A program made the translations under genes and the position numbers. Shown here piece by piece: positions 1-9,345 of a stretch of 49,480 nt of DNA (the stretch's first letter is position 1; every line of letters starts with the position of its first letter). Under the pieces are notes generated by a model. It did no database searches and had not been told where the DNA came from. It saw nothing but the letters and a program-made list of their open reading frames with translations. Source of the stretch: Candidatus Nanohaloarchaea archaeon (lineage in GTDB: Archaea > Nanohalarchaeota > Nanosalinia > Nanosalinales > Nanosalinaceae). The stretch is from the NCBI GenBank assembly GCA_041640035.1, contig JBEQBC010000004.1:1-49480 (forward strand), in the 5' to 3' direction.

Positions 1-809
1 TGTATGTCTCTAACCTTCTCGAACTCATCACCTAGCTCTCTATGTTTGCGGTACTCTTCCAGGAACACTTCTCGCTGCTCTTCGCTCATGTTTCCGTGTT
101 CGAACAGTATCATGATATCGTGGCCTGGGTAGCCGGCTGTTCCGTACTCCCAGTCAACTATGAAAACCTTGTCTTCAGAGGTTCTCAGGTTGAAACCAAG
201 ATCGGAGTGGATAAAGGCCTGCGTCACCTCTACTTCAGGTACTTCCTCAACAAGCTGTTTCTGCTTCTCGAAATAGTCTTCCAGCTCTTCAATAGGTTCA
301 TCAGCGATCTCAAGGTACTCTTCATACGGTTTTCGTGACCAGATCTCAAGCTCATCCCTGTAGATATCTTTTAGATTCCTAGTCTTATTCTCGTCTTCAT
401 CAAACCGGTCGTTGTAGCTTTCTATATCTATACGGTGTGTTTCGGCCATCAGCTCTGCAAGATTTCTGATCTGTTCCTGGTTCATCTCGCCAGCTCTCTC
501 CAAGTCCTTCTCTCCAACGAATGTCTCTATTATAACGGCTCCGAACTCTGTATCCTCGCTGAAAAACCTGGAACGAGGAACACTATCCATACCGTGTTTT
601 TCAAGAAGGTTAAGAGAATGATGCTCGTTTTCCAGCCTATTCCTCCGTGAAACCTCTCTGGAAATTCTTAATACAAGTTTTTCAGTTTCTGTCTGGATTA
701 TGAAGTTGTGGTTGGATTCTCCCTGCTTAATGTCCTGTATACTGAACTCTTCGAGACCAATAACTTCTTTATTTTCTTCCAGCCAGTTCTCAACTTTCTT
801 GCTATCCAT
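1..809 (-). CDS. Aminoglycoside phosphotransferase/choline kinase-like protein (3' end truncated by window edge)
   Basis: Not in the ORF track. Manual translation from ATG at 809 gives MDSKKVENWLEE...GESNHNFII...KLVLRIS...FIHSDLGFN...VFIVDWEYG, i.e. HxD..N and DWE motifs of the APH/ChoK fold; the frame is open to base 1. Confidence 0.8.
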   Translation of the reverse strand, partial: MDSKKVENWLEENKEVIGLEEFSIQDIKQGESNHNFIIQTETEKLVLRISREVSRRNRLENEHHSLNLLEKHGMDSVPRSRFFSEDTEFGAVIIETFVGEKDLERAGEMNQEQIRNLAELMAETHRIDIESYNDRFDEDENKTRNLKDIYRDELEIWSRKPYEEYLEIADEPIEELEDYFEKQKQLVEEVPEVEVTQAFIHSDLGFNLRTSEDKVFIVDWEYGTAGYPGHDIMILFEHGNMSEEQREVFLEEYRKHRELGDEFEKVRDI

Positions 810-831
810 TACAGATCAGAAATTCAGTTCT

Positions 832-2046
832 TCAACTTCTTAACCGTTTCTCCACCTGGACCTGGAAATCCATCAGGTGATCCATGATAACCGCAAAACC
901 TTGATGCGGGTGATCGAAGTACGAGAAGTAGTTATGTACGCTTCCATCGTCCATGGTTTTCGTCGCGATATGATGCAGGTGATCCGAGGTCAGGAACTTC
1001 CTCCATATATCCAGTACCTCGTCGTCATCTAGCTCCTTGACTTTCGGCTCCAGTTCCTGCAGTTTCTGGAAAATCTTCTTCTGAACAGGATTTCCGAGCC
1101 AGGCACTTGCGTCCATTTCTTCATCCGCCCAGGAAACTGTGTTGTATTCGAAGGCATCAAATTCGCCGACCGGCTCCTTCTGTGCGGCTTCCCGCACCTT
1201 CAGGAACTCCATGTTGTCGTGTTCAAGTATCTGTGCTGGCAGGTCTTCTAGGAACCATAGGATTCCGGTGCCTTCCCAGTGGTGTTCGCCGAAGGTCTCG
1301 TAATCCATGAATAAATTGATTACATCTCCGTCTTCTTCGGAAAGCCAGGCTGCGTATTTCTCAGCTGTCAGCGGGTATTCATCCCACCATTCGGCTGAGA
1401 AACGGTACCCTACATCGTCTGTCAGCTTCCGGTTACGCAGCATAATGCTGTTACCGTCTTCTGTCACGAAGTCTGGCTGTGTATAGTTATGGTTGGGTGA
1501 GCGCCATCCAAGTACGCGGGGCACTCCTTCAGTAAATATTCCGTCAAAACCTTCCTCAGCAGCGACTTTACCTATACCGTTGTGGTAGATAAGCTCGGTA
1601 TTGGTCATAACCTTCGTCTCAACGCCAAAGATATCTTTTATCATGTCTCTGTGCTTCTGCAGCTGATTCCTGAACTCTTCCTTATCGTGGAAAAGCCCTG
1701 CAAGGCTGTGATAGTGTGCCTGTCCTATAAAGTCAATAGTATTATCTGGGAACTGCTTTAGCATATCAATGAGCTCTGGATGATATCTCTGCGCCTGTTC
1801 CAGCCAGCTAGTTGAAATCGAGAAGTTAACTTTGAACGGCCGATCTTCATCCTGATACTTCTTAGCGTTCCTGAGCAATCGCTCGGTTGCAGGGAAGTAA
1901 CAGTTCTCAGCCACATCTTTGAAGAAGTGCTCGTTCATCTCATCGTCAAAATACCGGTCGTACAGATCATCGGCATCCTTGTTCACTCCGTCGATCCGCA
2001 GCCGGTGAGGCTGGTGTACCTCGAAGCTCAGGGTTATAGGCGCCAT
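832..2046 (-). CDS. Glycoside hydrolase family 57 (alpha-amylase-like)
   Basis: FEVHQP, YHSLA, NTELIY, FMDYETFGEH and SWAD motifs. Start reassigned to ATG 2046 (MAPITLSFEVHQP), with a TATA box about 23 nt upstream. Confidence 0.93.
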   Translation of the reverse strand: MAPITLSFEVHQPHRLRIDGVNKDADDLYDRYFDDEMNEHFFKDVAENCYFPATERLLRNAKKYQDEDRPFKVNFSISTSWLEQAQRYHPELIDMLKQFPDNTIDFIGQAHYHSLAGLFHDKEEFRNQLQKHRDMIKDIFGVETKVMTNTELIYHNGIGKVAAEEGFDGIFTEGVPRVLGWRSPNHNYTQPDFVTEDGNSIMLRNRKLTDDVGYRFSAEWWDEYPLTAEKYAAWLSEEDGDVINLFMDYETFGEHHWEGTGILWFLEDLPAQILEHDNMEFLKVREAAQKEPVGEFDAFEYNTVSWADEEMDASAWLGNPVQKKIFQKLQELEPKVKELDDDEVLDIWRKFLTSDHLHHIATKTMDDGSVHNYFSYFDHPHQGFAVIMDHLMDFQVQVEKRLRS

Positions 2047-2068
2047 ACACACTGTTTTCAAAGCCTGA

Positions 2069-2075
2069 TTTATAA
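2069..2075 (-). promoter_or_regulatory. TATA box for probably leaderless GH57 transcript
   Basis: TTATAAA on the minus strand about 23 nt upstream of ATG 2046. Confidence 0.55.
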
Positions 2076-2153
2076 CACGGCATGTTGCCACGAACAAGGG
2101 AAAAAGAACGGTTGTTGACAAGATTAAAAGTCTCTCGGTCACCAACTAAAACT

Positions 2154-2384
2154 ATGGAAACCAAAATCACCGAGAAAGAAAACGGCTACCTAATCGAAGT
2201 CCATACTGATCAGGAAGTAGCACTGGCCGTTTACTCGGATGAAGGAGAGAGAATTTATCTTCCAGGAGAAGGAGGAAGCGACTCCACATATTATGCTGAA
2301 GATCCGACTTTTCTGTCAAGTACAGATGAGGGTTACGCCGTTCTTCAGTCAGAAAGACCGCAAAGCGTAGAAGTAATCAATTAA
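2154..2384 (+). CDS. Small acidic hypothetical protein (haloarchaeal type, often near glycogen genes)
   Basis: METKITEKENGY...GERIYLP; ATG at 2154, acidic composition, fills the gap between GH57 and GT4. Confidence 0.7.
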   Translation: METKITEKENGYLIEVHTDQEVALAVYSDEGERIYLPGEGGSDSTYYAEDPTFLSSTDEGYAVLQSERPQSVEVIN

Positions 2385-3426
2385 AAATTCTATAAATCTC
2401 TGATATTTCCTCAGCCATCTCTTCCCAGGTTCTGGTATCGTAATCAGGTACTTCTTCCTGTTCAAGAGCTTTTTTGATTCCCTCAGCGATGGAACTTGAT
2501 TCAGGTTCTATCCTAATTATGGAATCGGTTGAAACCAGTTCATTAACTCCGTTCTCCGTAGCAAGAACTTTTGTACCGGATTCAAGAGCTTCAGTGATCG
2601 TTAGACCGAATGGTTCGCTTATTGAAGGAGATACAAATGCTTCTGCTGCCATGTAATAATCTCCCAGTTCCCCAGATGGGATGAAGCCAGGGAATATTAC
2701 CTGTTTCTCTATACCCAGTATCTCCGAGAATTTTTCCAAAGATTCACGCATGTGGCCGTCGCCCCCGATAACTAGAGTGGCTTCTCCACCTTGCTCCAGG
2801 AATTTCTGGAATCCGTACAGAAGATGTTCGATGCCTTTCTGCTCTGCGTGTCTGCCTACAAAGAATATCATGTCGCCAGAGATTCTGAGGTCTTCTTTCA
2901 CATCCTTGCCTTTCGAGCTTGGTGATGAGAAGCCATTATGTACAACTTCTGCTTCTCTACCGAAACTCTGTTCGATATCGTCTCTCAGGTTCTCGCTTAC
3001 GGAAACCAGTTTGTCAGGTTCTTCAATTGCTATCTTCTCCAGTTTCTCGATTTCCTCAGATTTTCCACGGGTTCTAGATGAGTGAAGAGAATGCATAGTG
3101 GAGATCCATGTGGTGTCCGAGTACTTGGAGGCTTTGAAACCTGACTCTGCGCCGAACCAATCGTGAGTATGTATTATATCGTAGTTCTCAGCTATCTTAG
3201 CTATTTCTGAGCTCATCTTCCGGGCTTTCCATATCATATCTCCGTCCCCGGTTTCTACCGGAAGAATGTTCTCTCTATCAGGTGCGTTCTCTTGGGGAAG
3301 CGCTAACTTTACCGTGAGGTCGTCCTTTTTCTTTAGTTCCTGGAACAGGTGGTAGACATGTATGTCCAAGCCGCCTTCTATCTCTGGAGGGTAGTTCCAT
3401 CCGGTTAACAGGATTTTCTGGGTCAC
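2377..3426 (-). CDS. Glycosyltransferase family 4 (glycogen synthase-like)
   Basis: GWNYPPEIEGGL, IIHTHDW, FVGR..QKG, PSISEPFGLTITEAL; GTG start; next to GH57. Confidence 0.92.
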   Translation of the reverse strand: MTQKILLTGWNYPPEIEGGLDIHVYHLFQELKKKDDLTVKLALPQENAPDRENILPVETGDGDMIWKARKMSSEIAKIAENYDIIHTHDWFGAESGFKASKYSDTTWISTMHSLHSSRTRGKSEEIEKLEKIAIEEPDKLVSVSENLRDDIEQSFGREAEVVHNGFSSPSSKGKDVKEDLRISGDMIFFVGRHAEQKGIEHLLYGFQKFLEQGGEATLVIGGDGHMRESLEKFSEILGIEKQVIFPGFIPSGELGDYYMAAEAFVSPSISEPFGLTITEALESGTKVLATENGVNELVSTDSIIRIEPESSSIAEGIKKALEQEEVPDYDTRTWEEMAEEISEIYRIFN

Positions 3427-3466
3427 GGTAAAAAGAAAAAGGGAGGGGGAGAGTGATAAATTCTTT

Positions 3467-3772
3467 CTACTTGGATTCTCTGTAGATCAGGTAGAATGAT
3501 GCCGAGACTATCAGTACTCCTGTAGTCGCCAGTGATGCAGCCATGAATGTCGGGAATTCGGTTCCGCCGGAGAGGGAGAATACAAGCTCTCTGGCTGTAT
3601 GCGCCTCTACGACCGCCCATCCAACGGCGAATACTAGGAATGCATTACCGTAGGTGGAGCCCTGGAAGTCTCTCCAGTTCAGCAGGGTTACTGCGACTGT
3701 TGCGATTCCTAGGATTAGGGATAGCGCCATCATTCCTGCGGTTACTCCGGATAGTCCTATTGGGAAGGTCAT
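3467..3772 (-). CDS. Small 3-TM membrane protein
   Basis: Three hydrophobic segments; SD GGAGGTGA and ATGA overlap with the upstream gene. Confidence 0.8.
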   Translation of the reverse strand: MTFPIGLSGVTAGMMALSLILGIATVAVTLLNWRDFQGSTYGNAFLVFAVGWAVVEAHTARELVFSLSGGTEFPTFMAASLATTGVLIVSASFYLIYRESK

Positions 3773-4083
3773 TCAATTTCACCTCCTGCTACATGTCGGA
3801 TAGACAGCATGCCTATCAGAGCGGTGGTTGTGAAGCATAGATGTACGAATAGGTGTACCACGCTCCACGCGCTGTCACGGTAACTGAAAAGGGTGAATCC
3901 GGCATCCTGTACGCTGGTCAGTACTCCGTATACCGCCAGGAAGACTGTTGCTAGGGTCAGAATCTTGAAGCGGGAACCGATTTTCCCTCCCATGCTTTCG
4001 GAGGCCTTATAGCTTAGAACTCCCGCTGCGATGGCGGCGATCGGCATCAGAAATCTTAAACCAAGGATCAATGTGTCTGCCAT
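3769..4083 (-). CDS. Small 3-TM membrane protein (probable paralog of 3467..3772)
   Basis: Three hydrophobic segments; the TM1-loop MGGKIGSRF resembles FQGSTYGNAF of its neighbour. Confidence 0.8.
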   Translation of the reverse strand: MADTLILGLRFLMPIAAIAAGVLSYKASESMGGKIGSRFKILTLATVFLAVYGVLTSVQDAGFTLFSYRDSAWSVVHLFVHLCFTTTALIGMLSIRHVAGGEIE

Positions 4084-4190
4084 ATTCGTTCAAAAGTCTT
4101 TATGAGGGTTAAATCATTTGGTAAAGAATTCAAAATTCTTGTTTTCTGTATCCCAGCCTATATTAATCTCTATTTCAATTTACAACACTT

Positions 4191-4520
4191 ATGAGCGATT
4201 CCCTGAATCTGCTTGAAGCCATAGTTAAAAGTCAGAAAGAGTTTGTCGGAGAGGAACAAGCTCTTTCCGCCGCCAGAGAGTCGACACTGCAGATCGGTGC
4301 TGAAGGAGAGATACAGGATTTCTATGGCGAGGAAACAGTCGCTGTGGAGATACTTCTTCAAAGATTCTACGAGCGCACGGGAGAACCAGGTCTACGCTAC
4401 ACCAGAAGATATCTACATAAACAGGACATGAAACTGCCTGAGGATGTTGAAAAGCCTGAAAGCGGACCAGGAATAATCCAGAAGATGGTAAAATCCATCA
4501 AAAACATAGCACCGGTTTGA
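4191..4520 (+). CDS. Small soluble helical protein, paralog of 27561..27878
   Basis: Manual alignment with 27561..27878 (VG, A..A, L, VE.LL..F....G, RR). Confidence 0.8.
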   Translation: MSDSLNLLEAIVKSQKEFVGEEQALSAARESTLQIGAEGEIQDFYGEETVAVEILLQRFYERTGEPGLRYTRRYLHKQDMKLPEDVEKPESGPGIIQKMVKSIKNIAPV

Positions 4521-4566
4521 AAAATTTACCAAACAGCTTTTCTACTTCTCTGCTTCACTCAATAAT

Positions 4567-4944
4567 ATGATCTGCATCACCACTTTCATAATATCATCTT
4601 TCCTCGGAATATTCTTCGCCAAATACCGTCGACTAGCCAAAGAATCCTTTAAATGCATTTTCCAGAAGGCAAAAACCGGTGAATGTGAAGCAGATCTAGA
4701 TACCAGACTGAAATCCACTATAATATCAAAAGCTATGGAGAAAGACAAAAGACTCGCCCGATTCCTCAACAACTACATCGAATACATCTCATGGGCACTG
4801 CTCGTCGTCTTCATCATCTCCACCATGTACGCAGCATTCGGTATATACAGCTACCTGAAGTTCGGTAACTGCGCAGGCCCTGGCGCCACCACCGGCTGCA
4901 GCCTGGAAACAGCCTCAAACCTAATCAAAAACGCAACAGCGTGA
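4567..4944 (+). CDS. Cys-containing membrane hypothetical protein
   Basis: Two hydrophobic segments, five Cys; GTGA overlap with sufS. Confidence 0.75.
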   Translation: MICITTFIISSFLGIFFAKYRRLAKESFKCIFQKAKTGECEADLDTRLKSTIISKAMEKDKRLARFLNNYIEYISWALLVVFIISTMYAAFGIYSYLKFGNCAGPGATTGCSLETASNLIKNATA

Positions 4945-6083
4945 TAAAGATGAACAGGAAAGACTTTCCACCCCTTAAGGACGAATTAGTCTATCTTGAC
5001 AGCGCATGCATGAGCCTGAGACCTGAAAAAGTAATAGAGGCCGTAGAAAAGTATTACAGAGAATATCCGGCATGCCCCGGCCGATCACACCACAGCATGT
5101 CCGAAAAAGCCACTGAAAAACTGGAAGAAGCCAGGAGGAAAGTTGCAGAGCTGATTGGCGCAGAAAAAACCAATCTAGTGTTGAATTCAGGTACGACTGA
5201 GGGCATAAATACTGTTGCAGAATCTTTCAGAGGAGGCACTGTTTTTGTATCTGATAGGGAGCATAACTCGGGCCTGGTTCCGTACCAGCGCCGCGGATAC
5301 GATATAAATGTACTCGACACGGAGAACGGACTTGACTTTGAAAAGCTGAATTCGGAGATATCGGAGGGCGACCTTCTTTCCCTAGTCCATGTATCAAATC
5401 TGGATGGCAAAAAACTAGATATAGAGAAAGCAGCACGGATAGCAAGAGAAAAAGGTGCTTATGTCTTGATAGACGGTGCTCAAAGTGTCCCGCACCAACC
5501 TTTAGATGTCTCAAAACTTCCGATAGATTTCCTGGCATTCTCTGGCCACAAAATGCTTGGTCCATCAGGAACAGGCGCTCTGTATGTCTCCGACAGAGGC
5601 AAAAAGATAATTCAGCCGTTGAAAACCGGTGGAGGAGCGGTCAAGTCAACCAGTTACAGTAGTCAGGATTTCAGAGACTTCCCTCACTGCATGGAGGCAG
5701 GATTACCCAATGTAGCAGGTATAATCGGGATGGGAGAAGCCGCAGAGTACCTTTCAAACACAGGTATGCAGAAAATCCATCAACACGAGAAAGAGCTAAC
5801 GGATAAACTTGAGCAGGGACTGGAAAATATACAAGGTGTAAGATACAGTTCCAAGGGTTCAGGAGTAGTATCTTTCTGGATCGAAGATATGGAGTCACAC
5901 CAGGTAGCTCTTATGCTGGATGAAAAAGATATTGCGGTTAGATCCGGTATGCACTGCGTACACTCCTGGTTCGAAAAAACCGGTGAGAGAACAGGTATCA
6001 GAGCATCCATGCACCTGTACAACACTGAAGAAGATATAGAAAAACTGGTTGAAGAAGTCGAGAAGATTGCCTATCTCGCCTGA
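4941..6083 (+). CDS. sufS: Cysteine desulfurase (SufS/CsdA type, class V aminotransferase)
   Basis: VYLDSA, EHNS, DGAQSVPH, FSGHKMLGPSG (PLP Lys), RSGMHC (catalytic Cys), RAS.HLYN. Confidence 0.92.
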   Translation: MIKMNRKDFPPLKDELVYLDSACMSLRPEKVIEAVEKYYREYPACPGRSHHSMSEKATEKLEEARRKVAELIGAEKTNLVLNSGTTEGINTVAESFRGGTVFVSDREHNSGLVPYQRRGYDINVLDTENGLDFEKLNSEISEGDLLSLVHVSNLDGKKLDIEKAARIAREKGAYVLIDGAQSVPHQPLDVSKLPIDFLAFSGHKMLGPSGTGALYVSDRGKKIIQPLKTGGGAVKSTSYSSQDFRDFPHCMEAGLPNVAGIIGMGEAAEYLSNTGMQKIHQHEKELTDKLEQGLENIQGVRYSSKGSGVVSFWIEDMESHQVALMLDEKDIAVRSGMHCVHSWFEKTGERTGIRASMHLYNTEEDIEKLVEEVEKIAYLA

Positions 6084-6116
6084 TTTCTTATATCTCCCGT
6101 TACCTGTTTAACCTGT

Positions 6117-6902
6117 ATGGAGAGAGCTATTCTGTTCCGGTTTCACAAGGAGGCTGAGATATGTGAGGAAAGGATCAAGCTACTGAAGGAGTTGAATCCC
6201 AATACAGAGATATACGGCTTGGGAGAGGAAGTCGAAGGTGTAGAGAAGCTGGAGGATGCCGGTATGAACCATCTTCATGTAATAGATGAAAACGGTTCTG
6301 AGTGGAAATGGATGAACGGAGATTTAGCTGTGATAGACTGGTTCCGGGAAAAAGGAAAACATGAAGACTTTGACATGCTTCACATCGTCGAATGGGATCT
6401 ACTTTTGACAGCGCCTCTGAACGAGATATATGAGGATATACCTGAAGATGCGCTAGGTCTTTCAGGACTCAAGCCGATATCAGAAGCTGAAGAATATGGA
6501 TGGCCATGGGTCACAGGAGAGTACAGAGATGAATGGCTGAAACTCAAAGAATGGGTTAAAGACGAGACAGGATACTCAGGGAAGTCCTACGGATGTATTT
6601 TCCCCGGCGCATGTCTGCCAAGAAACTTTCTAGAAGAATACGCTCAACTTGATACACCCGCTTATTCCAACGATGAAGCAAGAGTACCGTTAATCGCAAA
6701 AGCACTGGGATACAATATCGAAAGAACAGGCCTTTACCCGGAATGGGGAAACAGCAGTATTAAAAAATACTTTAACGCCAAAAGCGACCTCATAAATCCT
6801 GAAGATATCAAAAAACAACTTGAAAAACCGAATGGTAAGAAAGCTTTCCATCCAGTTAGAAAAAAGATAGGAAAAGAGAAGATAATAGATTGGAAGAACT
6901 GA
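6117..6902 (+). CDS. Hypothetical protein, possibly glycosyltransferase-like
   Basis: 261-aa acidic ORF; VEWDLLL (DxD-like position) and C-terminal FHPV resemble GT-A-like proteins. Function is a guess. Confidence 0.6.
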   Translation: MERAILFRFHKEAEICEERIKLLKELNPNTEIYGLGEEVEGVEKLEDAGMNHLHVIDENGSEWKWMNGDLAVIDWFREKGKHEDFDMLHIVEWDLLLTAPLNEIYEDIPEDALGLSGLKPISEAEEYGWPWVTGEYRDEWLKLKEWVKDETGYSGKSYGCIFPGACLPRNFLEEYAQLDTPAYSNDEARVPLIAKALGYNIERTGLYPEWGNSSIKKYFNAKSDLINPEDIKKQLEKPNGKKAFHPVRKKIGKEKIIDWKN

Positions 6903-6903
6903 A

Positions 6904-7929
6904 TTACTCGATATTCATTGCGTCGTTGGTCTTCTCAATACTGGTTTCCTTATCTTCCATCTCGAACATGGCACGGATGGCGTCAACATTGTCGGGTACG
7001 ACGATGCTTTCCTGGTGAACCATGTGGATCCACCTTAGTTTGCCGTCTTCAGCGTTGACTGTTTCTTTCCAGACCCCTGCTTCTGGCATGTCGCTTCTAG
7101 GCCTCTCCATATCTCTCATCATCTCGTGAACCTTGCCTGTAGAGTCATAGCCTTTCTCAGCTTCTATCAGGTTGACTCTTGGCTGGTCCTCGAAGGCTTC
7201 GATAGCTTCCTGTTCAGAGATATCCTGCTCCAAGTCTACTGTTACCATGTGTACATGTCCGTAGGTTACCGGTACTTTGACGGCTAGCGTGGTGATATCT
7301 AGGTCTGGCATTACTGCCTGTACATCCGGTCCGTGGTGGCTTGGTACTTCTGTAACCGGTATTGTGGAGTTGATCGGTCCGCGACTGTCCTGTGGGATGT
7401 CGCCTCCCCTTCTTACCAGGTTGGCGGTCGCCTCTTCTACTCCGAATCTCTCGTCAACTATACTCATAGTTCTCGACAGTGAGGTGGTGTTGCAGCTTAC
7501 TACTTTGACGAACTCTTCTCCTCTTGCTGTTTCGTAGTTTGCGTCGGCGTTGAACTTCACTTCTGCGATATCGTCAGGTGCTCCTCCCTGGAAAACTGCC
7601 TTGACATCGTTCGGTTGGTATAGGTTCTCCTTGTTCTTCTCATCGATTCCTGGAGGCGTACAGTCGACTACCAGGTCTACTGTGTCCAGCTGCTCTTCAA
7701 GCAAGCCTTCTACATAGAATCCTTGTTCCTCAAGGTTTTCTTTTCCGTCTGCGTTTGATGCGTACAGATCTGTGCCGTGAAGAGGTCCTTCCTCGCTCAG
7801 TACTGTTCTCAGTCCTCCTGTCTGACTTACATCTGCGACTCCGTACAGTTCCATGTCATCTTGTTTTTTCACTGCTTCTGCGACTCTTTTTCCGATCGTG
7901 CCGACTCCGGCAACAATAATTTTTACCAT
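6904..7929 (-). CDS. gap: Glyceraldehyde-3-phosphate dehydrogenase, archaeal type II
   Basis: GVGTIGKRVA, DCTP.G, VVSCNTT, PSHHGPDV, HQESIVVPDNVDAIRAM. Confidence 0.97.
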   Translation of the reverse strand: MVKIIVAGVGTIGKRVAEAVKKQDDMELYGVADVSQTGGLRTVLSEEGPLHGTDLYASNADGKENLEEQGFYVEGLLEEQLDTVDLVVDCTPPGIDEKNKENLYQPNDVKAVFQGGAPDDIAEVKFNADANYETARGEEFVKVVSCNTTSLSRTMSIVDERFGVEEATANLVRRGGDIPQDSRGPINSTIPVTEVPSHHGPDVQAVMPDLDITTLAVKVPVTYGHVHMVTVDLEQDISEQEAIEAFEDQPRVNLIEAEKGYDSTGKVHEMMRDMERPRSDMPEAGVWKETVNAEDGKLRWIHMVHQESIVVPDNVDAIRAMFEMEDKETSIEKTNDAMNIE

Positions 7930-8021
7930 GTTATCACACAGAAAAATTGACTTGACCTGAATAAAAAACTTCTATTACAGAATCCCAAAACCCAAAATAA
8001 CTGGAAACCAAATTTTACAGT

Positions 8022-8789
8022 ATGGAAGAACTTTTCCAAAAACTGGACAGAAAAGCAGAAAGTCACAAAGGAGAAAACGGCAAAGTACTGGTCATCGGCG
8101 GAAGCAGCAAATACACTGGAGCACCTGCTCTAGCAGCAGAAGCCGCACTGAGAACAGGAGCGGACCTGGTCAAAATACTGACATCTGAAGAAGCCAAATC
8201 TGTTGTACAGGGCTTCTCAGAGAATCTGATCGCTGAAAGCTACGGCCAGAAGTTCGATGAAGAATCGCTGGAAAAAGCCAGAGAACTTGAAGAATGGGCA
8301 GATATCACAGTAATAGGTCCAGGGTTATCTGACTTAGATAAAGAAGCGCTTCAGCAGTACGCTGAGAACTCTGGAAAACTTGTGGTTGATGCTGAGGCTA
8401 TAGAGCCTCTACTAGGTACTTCTGATAATATGTTTACACCTCATTCTGGTGAGGCAGAGGTCATGGGAGAAAAATCTGGTTCTATCAAAATGTACTCTTT
8501 CGAAACCGGTAATACTGTTCTGATGAAAGGGCGGAAGGACAGAGTTTTCTCAGGAAAAGAGATTACCGAAAATGAGACCGGCTGTCCAGGTATGACTGTT
8601 GGCGGAACCGGAGATGTACTTGCAGGAATATTAGCAGCTCTGAAATCTCAAGGGCTGGAAGATGATGAAGCAGCTGTTCTGGCAGCATATGTGAATGGTA
8701 AGGCGGGTGAGAAGGCTTATGAGGAATATGGTAATGGTTTAACTGCAACAGATGTTGTAGAAATGATTCCGGAAGTTATTTGGGGTTAG
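8022..8789 (+). CDS. nnrD: ADP-dependent NAD(P)H-hydrate dehydratase (stand-alone)
   Basis: SHKGENGKVLVIGGS..YTGAP, IGPGL, TPHSGE, GGTGDVLAG. Confidence 0.93.
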   Translation: MEELFQKLDRKAESHKGENGKVLVIGGSSKYTGAPALAAEAALRTGADLVKILTSEEAKSVVQGFSENLIAESYGQKFDEESLEKARELEEWADITVIGPGLSDLDKEALQQYAENSGKLVVDAEAIEPLLGTSDNMFTPHSGEAEVMGEKSGSIKMYSFETGNTVLMKGRKDRVFSGKEITENETGCPGMTVGGTGDVLAGILAALKSQGLEDDEAAVLAAYVNGKAGEKAYEEYGNGLTATDVVEMIPEVIWG

Positions 8790-8793
8790 CGTA

Positions 8794-9345
8794 TTATTTT
8801 TTCCATGTATCGTGGTAGGCGTTTTCCTTTTTCCATCCTGGTTCAAATTCGTACTGTATACCGGACTCCTTGACTTTATCGACCATTTCGCCGAACTCTT
8901 CTTCACAGCATTCCGGAACCAGATAACTCCATTCCTGTCCTGAACGTACTCTTCTTCTTACCTGAGTGCCTGAGTAGATATCCTTCTGATACAGATCCTG
9001 TTCGACAAGTTCTAGTTCTTCGTCCTCTCTGACCAGTTTTTTGACTAAGTCGTTTCTTGAAATGATTACTTCGGCGTCGGTCTTTTCCTTTAGTTTCTGT
9101 ATCCATCGCTGATTACCCTCCTCACTCTCTCCTTCATCAGCTATCCCTAGAATCTCAATATCTGGAAAACATTGACCAATCAATTCTTTCCGTTCCTGAA
9201 AGCTTAACGGGTTATCCTCGGTTTCCTCTTTTTCAGAGCTTCCGATAGCTATCTTGAAATTGTACTGTTCTCTGTACTCTTCTACGACTTTCTTGTGACC
9301 TCTGTGAAAGGGTTGGAAACGGCCTACGAAGGCTGCTGTCTTCAG
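8794..9345 (-). CDS. nadM: Nicotinamide-nucleotide adenylyltransferase (CTG start)
   Basis: The frame extends upstream of the tracked ORF: KTAAFVGRFQPFHRGH...IAIGSS...DNPLSFQER; C-terminal SGTQVR. The only usable start is CTG at 9345, with SD AGGTGAT. Confidence 0.9.
   Translation of the reverse strand: MKTAAFVGRFQPFHRGHKKVVEEYREQYNFKIAIGSSEKEETEDNPLSFQERKELIGQCFPDIEILGIADEGESEEGNQRWIQKLKEKTDAEVIISRNDLVKKLVREDEELELVEQDLYQKDIYSGTQVRRRVRSGQEWSYLVPECCEEEFGEMVDKVKESGIQYEFEPGWKKENAYHDTWKK

Noticed and set aside
42-650. Plus-strand ORFs 42..338 and 435..650
   Set aside because: Antisense shadows of the truncated APH-like gene on the minus strand.
2047-2145. Long N-terminal extensions of GH57 and of the 2082 ORF
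   Set aside because: They overlap each other and the promoter; homology begins at 2046 and 2154.
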